Shown here: positions 51,422 through 59,279 of the stretch, piece after piece
Layout: every line of letters starts with the position of its first letter
Numbering within the stretch: the stretch's first letter is position 1
NCBI GenBank assembly: GCA_022530585.1
Contig: CP092821.1
Coordinates: forward strand, 1,089,509 to 1,153,508
Origin: Candidatus Nealsonbacteria bacterium DGGOD1a
GTDB taxonomy: Bacteria > Patescibacteriota > Minisyncoccia > Minisyncoccales > UBA5738
Length of the DNA stretch: 64,000 bases
Direction of reading: 5' to 3'
Made by a program: the position numbers and the translations under genes
The notes under the pieces: model-generated
What the model saw: the letters and a program-made list of their open reading frames with translations, nothing else
Databases searched by the model: none
What the model was told of the DNA's origin: nothing

Positions 51422-51538
51422 AATTAAAAATACATTGATGTCGGGGTATTAACCCCGCCATCAACCAAAGGATGTTTCCTTTGGAATCCTCATTCTTTTT
51501 ATTCCCCGCGGCGAGCCGACGGGGTATAAAAAGAATAA
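51422..51538. repeat. Dispersed structured repeat, copy 2 (117 bp)
   Basis: Reverse complement of 35386-35524 minus the 23-nt insertion. It ends 23 nt before the rsmA start codon. Confidence 0.85.
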
Positions 51539-51561
51539 AGCCGCGCGGCACCGAAAAAAAT

Positions 51562-52392
51562 ATGCATCGAAAACTCGAAAAAAAACAAACCATAACTCCC
51601 AAAAAAGGCCTGGGGCAAAATTTTTTAACGCAAATCGGAGTGATCGAAAAGCTGGTCAAAACCGCCGGAATAAAACAAGGAGAAACGATTCTCGAAATCG
51701 GGCCCGGCACCGGCAATTTAACCGCCGAACTGGCAAAACGCGGCGACAAAATAATCGCCATCGAAAAAGACGCGGATATGATGGCAATCCTAGAAAAAAG
51801 GTTTTTAAAAACGCCCAATGTCGAAATATCAAACGGCAATGCGCTGCGCTTCAATGAAGCCGAAATTTCTTCTCCGTATAAAATCGCGGCCAATTTGCCG
51901 TTCTATTTAACCGCGCCGCTGATCCGCAAGTTCTTGGAAAGCGCCAACCCGCCATTATCGCTGACCGTGATCGTGCAAAAAGAAGTCGCCCAACGAATAT
52001 GCGCCGTGCCGCCCAAAATGAATTTGCTGGCGGTTTCGACGCAGTTTTACGCCGCGGCCAAAATTATTGATTACATTTCCAAAGGAAATTTCTGGCCCGT
52101 GCCCAAAGTTGATTGCGCCATTCTGCAAGTCATTCCGCGCACGCATATATATGAAGGGGGAGGGACCGGCAAAAAATTCACCGAACAATTTTTCAAAATC
52201 GTAAAAGCCGGATTTTCCCACCCGCGCAAACAGTTGGCAAACAATCTGGCCAAACAATTAAAACTCAATAAAGAAAAAATCGCCGCGTGGCTGGCCGGCG
52301 GCGGCATTGATTCCAACCGGCGAGCCGAAACTCTGACGGTCGCCGACTGGGTGAAGCTTACGCAAACCCGACCGATGGATTATACTAAATAG
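51562..52392 (+). CDS. rsmA: 16S rRNA (adenine1518/1519-N6)-dimethyltransferase
   Basis: KKGLGQNFL and EIGPGTGNLT motifs. The start is set at ATG 51562 because the longer ORF runs through the repeat element. Confidence 0.9.
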   Translation: MHRKLEKKQTITPKKGLGQNFLTQIGVIEKLVKTAGIKQGETILEIGPGTGNLTAELAKRGDKIIAIEKDADMMAILEKRFLKTPNVEISNGNALRFNEAEISSPYKIAANLPFYLTAPLIRKFLESANPPLSLTVIVQKEVAQRICAVPPKMNLLAVSTQFYAAAKIIDYISKGNFWPVPKVDCAILQVIPRTHIYEGGGTGKKFTEQFFKIVKAGFSHPRKQLANNLAKQLKLNKEKIAAWLAGGGIDSNRRAETLTVADWVKLTQTRPMDYTK

Positions 52393-55169
52393 TGAATACC
52401 AAACGCCAAATGAAAACTTTTGCGAAAAAATCATTCTTGCCGGTTTTGTTGGCGTTATTTTGTTTTATTGTCCCGCCACGGACGGCCAACGCCGACCACA
52501 TCAACTATTATTGCGAAAGCGGACGCGGCGGCGACAACGGCACCCAATGCAACGAAGACGCGATAGATGTAGATGTTGTTTATGATAAGAACGGGTCTCG
52601 CCTTGTGCGCACAACAAAATTCACCGTCAAAGCATGGCAGCAATGCGTGAACAAAAAAACTTCCGAAGCCGACACCATCTTCGGCATTTGCCACAAAGAT
52701 TGTTTGGACAAGGTCATAAATCCCAAATACTATAATGATCCAAAAACTCCCGGAATCCAAAACAACAAGCAAAACATAAAATTGCCGGTGGTTTTGGCAT
52801 GGGACAATGTGCGCGGCTTTGGCGACAACCGCGGCCAGTACGACGCCTGCACTTACGACAGCCACCATAACGATTGCCACCACCTTGAAAAAGTTAAAAC
52901 CTTCACCGGCGATGGCTATGGCCCGATTTCCTACCGCATCCAAATCCAAGATGACAGCGCCAACGGAATTGGCAATTTGACCATTCCCACCATAAAAAAC
53001 GGCCAAGTCGAAATCGCGGATAACGGCAAGCAAGCGTTCTACGCGATACTGGATAAAAACGCTTTCAATTCTCTTGAGGACGCCGGACCGTGTTTCTTCA
53101 ACTCCACCGATACCTATCATTGGCGAGTGGTCGCTTGCTGCAACGCCAACGGCACCGGATGCAAAGACTGGCCCCGGGATTGGTGGACCTTCACCGCCAG
53201 CACCGCGCCCGAACCATCGGTGCCGCCGAATAAAATCAGCTCGTTGATGGACCCGGATTGGAACGGCAAAAATGGCGCGGCGGCCGAATCTTTTAAAGAC
53301 ATTGTTCCGTCAAAAGAACCTCTGCGCTGGTGCGCGGCCAAACTGCCGGCCGAATACCAGATCGCCGGTCGGCCGGTACAATACGCCAAATCATACAAAA
53401 TCGAAGTTACCTCTGACGAACAAAATTCCTTCACCGAGGAACTCCGCAAAAAAATCACGGATTGGATTTCCTGGATATCCGGGAATTCTTCTTCCGACAG
53501 CCAGTCAACCCATTCGCTTTCGATCATCAATGGCGGCTGGCTGTATGAAATCAAGCCGGTTGGCGGAAATATCTACAGCTGGTATTCTCCTCTCAACAAC
53601 CGCGGGAGCGTGGAAACATGGTATCCCTCGCAAGGCCGCCAGGATTTGGCTTATTTTTCGCGGGAACACATCTATTCGTGGAAACTGCAAAGCTGTACCG
53701 ACGACATCGCCAAAGTGTGTTTTTGCGATAATGGCGAAGCTAAAGCCGAGTGCGCCGACGGGACATCTCCGGAATACAGCCAGGAATGGAAAGTCAAAAC
53801 TCCTTTTGAAACAATCTCGTCCCCGGAAGCGATTTCGCCAAAAAACGATCCCGAAGGAAAAGATCCGGTTGGTTTCCCGATCAGCCTTTCTTGGACGATC
53901 CCGTCGGGCGCCAATTCGTTTCGCTACAAAACAACAATACCGGGGCTTGAAGAAGGGAAAACTTCATGGAGCAGCATCCCCAACAACGAGTTCGACGACA
54001 ATTCAAAAAATCTTTTCACCCTGGAAAAATCCAACTTAAAGCTGGACACTTTATATAAATGGCAAGTCCGCTCCTGCGCGCAATTCGATCCGGACGCAAC
54101 AAAAAAAAGCGGCGGCTTGGATTGCGACGAGTGGTCCGAGGAATTTTCATTCCGCACCACGGGCCGGCCGCCGTTGCAAAGCTCAATGGAACCGAATTTG
54201 TCGTCAACGATAACCTTCCCGCAAAATTTCAAATGGGAAAAAGTGCCGGGCGCGAAATCCTATAATTTCAAACTGTTCGACGGCACAACGGAAATTGCCG
54301 CAGCCGCCAAAACCGTGAAATTCGGATCGGCGGATTCGGACCGGCCGGGAACGCAAGCCGACTATCCGAACATTTTGCCGCCCGTGGGCGTCGACAGCAA
54401 GCCCTACACATGGAAAGTGCAAACCTGCGCCGATGAAAACGGCAAGTATTGCGGCGGATGGCAATCGCAATATTTTAAAACCGCGCGGCCCGAAACTCCA
54501 ACGCTTGAAAATCAAAACCGGACCAACGGTTCGCTCAACGACGCCGGTTTTTCATGGACGGGGCAAACAAAATACTATCAAGTGACAATAAACTACGAAA
54601 AGGGGACGGTGGAACAATCCGACTGCGATTTGGAAAATCCGATTGTTAACAAAATTATCGATAAAAATTCCTGCTCCGTTTCAAACGGATGCATTCCTTC
54701 AAACATCAAAGGCTCCTGCGTCGGCACCTATAAGTGGACGGTCCAACCCTGCGTCAACCCCGATTGTTCCGACAAAGGCGACGATAACCGCCTGTCCGAT
54801 TCGTTTCTGGTTGTCAAGCAAACTTCCGAATCAAAAGACACTGTCGCGGTCTGCGGCCAAACTTTTAACAATTCAAAAACCAGTTGGGACGAAACCGAAA
54901 AGTGCGAAGTCAAGCATATTTTTATGATGATAAAAATAATAATCGATTTCTTTCTCTTTAAATTGTCAATTATGATCCTGCCGATATTGGCATTGATCAC
55001 CGGCGGGTTTTTCTACCTTGGCAAAGAAGGGCCCAACACCGTCAAATACATCAAGGACGCATGGATCCGCATCGGCATCGGTTACGCGATACTGTTTATG
55101 GCTTGGCTTTTGGTTTCATGGATCATGGCGGCCGCCGGATTCGAAGGCGATTGGTGGAAAATATTATAA
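52392..55169 (+). CDS. Giant secreted Cys-rich modular protein with a C-terminal T4SS-pilin-like helical hairpin (paralog A)
   Basis: Signal peptide MKTFAKKSFLPVLLALFCFIVPPRTANA (likely ATG 52410). Repeated Y.W.V..C modules. The C-terminus reads KCEVKHIFMMIKIIIDFFLFKLSIMILPILALITGGFFYLGKEGPNTVKYIKDAWIRIGIGYAILFMAWLLVSWIMAAAGF. Confidence 0.6.
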   Translation: MNTKRQMKTFAKKSFLPVLLALFCFIVPPRTANADHINYYCESGRGGDNGTQCNEDAIDVDVVYDKNGSRLVRTTKFTVKAWQQCVNKKTSEADTIFGICHKDCLDKVINPKYYNDPKTPGIQNNKQNIKLPVVLAWDNVRGFGDNRGQYDACTYDSHHNDCHHLEKVKTFTGDGYGPISYRIQIQDDSANGIGNLTIPTIKNGQVEIADNGKQAFYAILDKNAFNSLEDAGPCFFNSTDTYHWRVVACCNANGTGCKDWPRDWWTFTASTAPEPSVPPNKISSLMDPDWNGKNGAAAESFKDIVPSKEPLRWCAAKLPAEYQIAGRPVQYAKSYKIEVTSDEQNSFTEELRKKITDWISWISGNSSSDSQSTHSLSIINGGWLYEIKPVGGNIYSWYSPLNNRGSVETWYPSQGRQDLAYFSREHIYSWKLQSCTDDIAKVCFCDNGEAKAECADGTSPEYSQEWKVKTPFETISSPEAISPKNDPEGKDPVGFPISLSWTIPSGANSFRYKTTIPGLEEGKTSWSSIPNNEFDDNSKNLFTLEKSNLKLDTLYKWQVRSCAQFDPDATKKSGGLDCDEWSEEFSFRTTGRPPLQSSMEPNLSSTITFPQNFKWEKVPGAKSYNFKLFDGTTEIAAAAKTVKFGSADSDRPGTQADYPNILPPVGVDSKPYTWKVQTCADENGKYCGGWQSQYFKTARPETPTLENQNRTNGSLNDAGFSWTGQTKYYQVTINYEKGTVEQSDCDLENPIVNKIIDKNSCSVSNGCIPSNIKGSCVGTYKWTVQPCVNPDCSDKGDDNRLSDSFLVVKQTSESKDTVAVCGQTFNNSKTSWDETEKCEVKHIFMMIKIIIDFFLFKLSIMILPILALITGGFFYLGKEGPNTVKYIKDAWIRIGIGYAILFMAWLLVSWIMAAAGFEGDWWKIL

Positions 55170-55181
55170 AAAAAATTTATA

Positions 55182-57557
55182 ATGAATTTAATGACATACA
55201 AAAATTTCGGATTCGCGGCATTGTTTTTATTTTTCGCGCTGGCAACCCCGCTTTTTTGCCGCGCCGAAAACGCGACCACCACTGTTTTTAATTTCGATCA
55301 AAGTTGCGGCGCCACCATTAACGGCCCGGCGAGCATAATATGCAAAAACTACCAAAGAGGCTCCCAAACATCGGTGGAAACCATTGAGGTCGCCACCTGC
55401 ATTTGCGCCAACACCTGCTTGACTATGCCTCCGGATCATTACTACTACGACGATCCGGTCGCCAAAACCCGGCAGACCGATGTCAACGCCATAACTTTGC
55501 CCGTGGTTCTGGCTTGGGACCCCGTGGAAGCTTGGATGAACGAAGCCGGCGAATATGTCTGGTCCGGACTCGGATTAAACGGTCAAGAAACCGTAACTTC
55601 CAAAATCTTCGGCGCGCGCTCCTATCTTCTGGAAATCGACAACGCCAACCACGAATTAAACGAATCCCAAAGCGACGGCGGAATTTTCCGCCAGATATTG
55701 AAAACCACGGAATTTAACCCAACCGACCAGTTCTACCCCTGTTTTTTCAATTCCGGCCGCAAGATAAAGTGGCGCGTACGGCCCTGTTGCGGCGAAGACG
55801 GATCATATTGCATGCCCGCCGAACAAGCCGAATGGTGGGAATTTACCACCAGCTACGCTCCGGAACCGATAATCGCCAAGGACCCGGATTGGAACGGCCA
55901 AAACAAAGCTACCGGAATACCGTTCAAAGGATACCAGATAAAATGGTGCCGCGTACCGTTGCCGGAGTCCGGCCAATTCGCGAAATCTTACCGGCTGATG
56001 GTGACTTCGGATGAAAAAGGCTCCAATACCCTGAATTGCCATCCTTTAATGGTTTCCAACGGCCAATGCCGGGATGACGATATTTTAGCCGATTCCAACG
56101 AAGGCGAAGTCAGATATATCACCGACCACGACAATGTGGTAAAAAATATTTTTCCGGTGCAAGGCCGCCAGGATCACGCGCTTTTCACGCGCAACCGCAC
56201 CTACGCGTGGAAAATGAAAACCTGCTTTGACGATACTGCCGCCAACTGCAGCGATTACGGACAAACTTGGAAATTTTCCACCAAAAACGATCCGATTGGA
56301 ATTCCGGAAGCGGTTACTCCAAAAAACAGCGTTCAAGACAACGACTTGGCGGCGCTGCCGTTGAGCATGTCATGGACGATACCCGACGGCGCCAATTCGT
56401 TTGTGTACCAAACATCTTTCCTTGACGGAGACCAAAAAACCGGCGATCCGATTGTCCCGAACAATAATTCCGGCGCGGCGGAAAAACTTTTGTTCGATGC
56501 CGACAATTTAAAGCCCGACACCCAATATAAATGGCGCGCCAAAGCGTGCGCCAAATTCGATTCCACGGATTGCGACGGCTGGTCGGATTGGTTTGTCTTC
56601 CGCACCACGGGCCGGCCGGCAAAAAACGATTCGCTGGCGGTAACAACCGGGATTCCGGCAACTTTTTCATGGGAAGCGGTTCCGGGCGCGAAATCCTATA
56701 ATTTCAGCATCGGCAAAACCGGCACGGCCGGCACGATAAAAATTTTAAACGATTCCGATCTGTTAAAAAACCCCAAACACACTGTGGGCTATCCCGATAT
56801 CGACCAGTCGCAAAGCTACTCTTGGAAAGTGCAAACTTGCGCCCACGCGGACGGAAAAGTATGCGGCGAATGGAGCCAGGAAAAAACTTTCGCCGCGCCG
56901 ACGCTAACCGCCGCGGCCAATATAAAACCCGCCATGGAATCAACGATATACGCCGATCAGCCGGCGCAAAATATTTCATGGGACGCGGTAACCGGCGCGT
57001 CCGCCTATCATTATATTTTATCTCTAGCCATATCAAAGGAAAAACAAGAATGCATCCAAGAACCGATTGAGAAAACTATTCCCCGCGTTTCCGACACGGT
57101 GCAATTGAATTGTTTGGGAGAATATCATCTGATCGTCCAGCCCTGCGTGGACGCGGCTTGCAAAAGCGGGGGACCGAAAAGCGAGTTGAAGTTCACGCTG
57201 GACCAGCATATTCCGGCAAACAAATCCTCATTCGCGGTTTGCGGCACCGCCTATGACGACCCGGACACCCAATGGAACGAAAGGGAAGCGTGCCAACCCA
57301 AGCACACTCTTTTGTCGATAAAAATCATCATTGATTTCGCGCTGTTCAAACTGTCGATCTGGCTCCTGCCGATATTGGCGCTGGCCACCGGCCTGCTTTT
57401 CTATTCGCCTTTCGGCACGCCCGAGCTTTTGGATAAAATCAAAATATGGTGGAAATACATCGGCATCGGCTACGCGCTGTTGATTTTCGCGTGGATTATC
57501 ACCGGCTTTATCCTGCAAATAGCCGGCTTCCCGGGATTATGGTTCAAAATTCTGTAA
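55182..57557 (+). CDS. Giant secreted Cys-rich modular protein with a C-terminal T4SS-pilin-like helical hairpin (paralog B)
   Basis: Signal peptide ..FAALFLFFALATPLFCRA. Module order is collinear with paralog A. The C-terminus reads ACQPKHTLLSIKIIIDFALFKLSIWLLPILALATGLLFYSPFGTPELLDKIKIWWKYIGIGYALLIFAWIITGFILQIAGF. Confidence 0.6.
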   Translation: MNLMTYKNFGFAALFLFFALATPLFCRAENATTTVFNFDQSCGATINGPASIICKNYQRGSQTSVETIEVATCICANTCLTMPPDHYYYDDPVAKTRQTDVNAITLPVVLAWDPVEAWMNEAGEYVWSGLGLNGQETVTSKIFGARSYLLEIDNANHELNESQSDGGIFRQILKTTEFNPTDQFYPCFFNSGRKIKWRVRPCCGEDGSYCMPAEQAEWWEFTTSYAPEPIIAKDPDWNGQNKATGIPFKGYQIKWCRVPLPESGQFAKSYRLMVTSDEKGSNTLNCHPLMVSNGQCRDDDILADSNEGEVRYITDHDNVVKNIFPVQGRQDHALFTRNRTYAWKMKTCFDDTAANCSDYGQTWKFSTKNDPIGIPEAVTPKNSVQDNDLAALPLSMSWTIPDGANSFVYQTSFLDGDQKTGDPIVPNNNSGAAEKLLFDADNLKPDTQYKWRAKACAKFDSTDCDGWSDWFVFRTTGRPAKNDSLAVTTGIPATFSWEAVPGAKSYNFSIGKTGTAGTIKILNDSDLLKNPKHTVGYPDIDQSQSYSWKVQTCAHADGKVCGEWSQEKTFAAPTLTAAANIKPAMESTIYADQPAQNISWDAVTGASAYHYILSLAISKEKQECIQEPIEKTIPRVSDTVQLNCLGEYHLIVQPCVDAACKSGGPKSELKFTLDQHIPANKSSFAVCGTAYDDPDTQWNEREACQPKHTLLSIKIIIDFALFKLSIWLLPILALATGLLFYSPFGTPELLDKIKIWWKYIGIGYALLIFAWIITGFILQIAGFPGLWFKIL

Positions 57558-57569
57558 ATCTTCGCTCTT

Positions 57570-58298
57570 ATGAAACTACCCGCGCCGCTAATCATAGTTT
57601 TGTTTTCAATCGCCGCTTTGGCAATGTCTGTTTACTGGCAGTTTTCCGGCGGCAGATTAAACATCGGCGGCAATAATTTACAATTCCCGGAATTCGACAA
57701 ATCGGTTTATTTAAAAAACCCTTACCAAAAAGACCCTGAAGCGGCAAAAGAACCCTATGTTGATTTCACCAGCCCGGACGGAAACTTAACCCTCAAATAT
57801 CCGTCGGCATTTTCCGGCGGCGAGACTTTGTTTGGACAAGAAACCCTGGCCAAGCTAAAATTAAATAACATCCTGCTGTTTGCCTATCAAATTTCAATTC
57901 CCGATCTTCAACCTTCATATATACTGGCGTCGGAAACCAACGGCACCACCACCGAAGACATCGCCGAACAAATAAAACAGTCCCTCGGCCGGCAACAATG
58001 CGCCGCCAGTGTCCAAAATGCCAGCTCAACCAATCCCGCGATATTTGAAATAATCAACGCCGGCTATGAATGCGCCGATGCGATGAACGGCTTCAACAAG
58101 TGGCAATCGACGGCCGCGCTGGTCAAAAAGGAAAACGGCTTCTATATTATCGCGGCGATCACCACGGACAAAAATTGGCCCAACATCCAAACCGCCGCCC
58201 AATCTTTATTTAACTCGATATCAATCAGTGTTTCCGAACAAAACGCGACCGGCACGATCGCGACCGGCACGGAAGAAACGATCGAATCCAAACCGTAA
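57570..58298 (+). CDS. Membrane-anchored hypothetical protein (possibly a PsbP/DcrB-like fold)
   Basis: N-terminal TM helix LIIVLFSIAALAMSVYW followed by an extracytoplasmic alpha/beta-looking domain. The fold call is a guess. Confidence 0.45.
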   Translation: MKLPAPLIIVLFSIAALAMSVYWQFSGGRLNIGGNNLQFPEFDKSVYLKNPYQKDPEAAKEPYVDFTSPDGNLTLKYPSAFSGGETLFGQETLAKLKLNNILLFAYQISIPDLQPSYILASETNGTTTEDIAEQIKQSLGRQQCAASVQNASSTNPAIFEIINAGYECADAMNGFNKWQSTAALVKKENGFYIIAAITTDKNWPNIQTAAQSLFNSISISVSEQNATGTIATGTEETIESKP

Positions 58299-58316
58299 AA
58301 ATTATTATCGATAATT

Positions 58317-59276
58317 ATGAAATTTTTTTCAAACAGAACCGGCGGCATTGTTTTGGCAATTTTATTTTTTGCGGTTATCGGCTTCGCGTTCGCGGCCAAC
58401 GCGGCCGATAGCGCCACCACCACTTTCAAATTCCAAGCGCAATGGCCGGCATCGCCCATGGGCACCGACATCGCCAAAGAAACCAACCCGACGGTAGCGC
58501 TTGGCATTAAATATATCTACGAATGGGGAGTGGGGCTGGGAGGTCTGGCGGTTTTTATCGCGCTGATAATCGCCGGTTTTGAATACATCACTTCCATCGG
58601 CAACCCGTCGAAAATGCAGGATGCCTTCAACCGCATCCGCGACGCGGTCATCGGCTTGGTGATCCTCCTTTCCTCTTACGCAATTTTATCGCTGATCGGG
58701 ATAAATCTAAACTCAATAAAAATCACTCCATTCCAGGAAAATTTTTCTTCTCAAGCCACCACCTGCAAAAGCGCGGAAAAAGAACCCGCCCCCGATTGCT
58801 GCAAAGACAAAGACGGCGATCAGATCAAAAATTGCAAAGACGAATATTATACCTGCATCGGATATGATCCCGCCGCCAACAAGGCCGGTTATTGCTGGCC
58901 GAGATGGAATAAAGCGGAATGCAAATCCGCAAAAATTATCTATGAATCGGGCGGCGATTATTCAATCAATGATTTCGACAACGAACATACGATTGATCCT
59001 AAAAAACAAATCGGGTCGGTGGTATTCTACAGCGAATCGAACGGCGCGGGCGCGCCGTGTTACGACCCGACATCCGACGACGAGTCTCTGCGAGATACCA
59101 AAAATCCGGTTTGCAAATGCGGCCTGCAATTATTTACCAAATCAAGCACGAACACCGGCGGCGGGATAACCAAAGAATGCGAAAATACCGATATTTATGT
59201 CGCGACGAACAACGAATCGCTCAAAACATATGTAAACGCCAAAGCCACGGTTTGCGTTATGCTCATCAAACAATAA
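58317..59276 (+). CDS. T4SS-pilin-like protein with a Cys-rich C-terminal extension
   Basis: Signal peptide ..FAFAANA, then the hairpin GIKYIYEWGVGLGGLAVFIALIIAGFEYITSIGNPSKMQDAFNRIRDAVIGLVILLSSYAILSLI, then about 170 aa carrying 13 Cys. Confidence 0.55.
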   Translation: MKFFSNRTGGIVLAILFFAVIGFAFAANAADSATTTFKFQAQWPASPMGTDIAKETNPTVALGIKYIYEWGVGLGGLAVFIALIIAGFEYITSIGNPSKMQDAFNRIRDAVIGLVILLSSYAILSLIGINLNSIKITPFQENFSSQATTCKSAEKEPAPDCCKDKDGDQIKNCKDEYYTCIGYDPAANKAGYCWPRWNKAECKSAKIIYESGGDYSINDFDNEHTIDPKKQIGSVVFYSESNGAGAPCYDPTSDDESLRDTKNPVCKCGLQLFTKSSTNTGGGITKECENTDIYVATNNESLKTYVNAKATVCVMLIKQ

Positions 59277-59279
59277 GAT

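Noticed and set aside
52392-57557. Diversity-generating retroelement acting on the Cys-rich giant proteins
   Set aside because: No reverse transcriptase ORF is present in the window. The shared tracts between the paralogs are collinear coding identities, not a template/variable repeat pair with adenine-specific mismatches.
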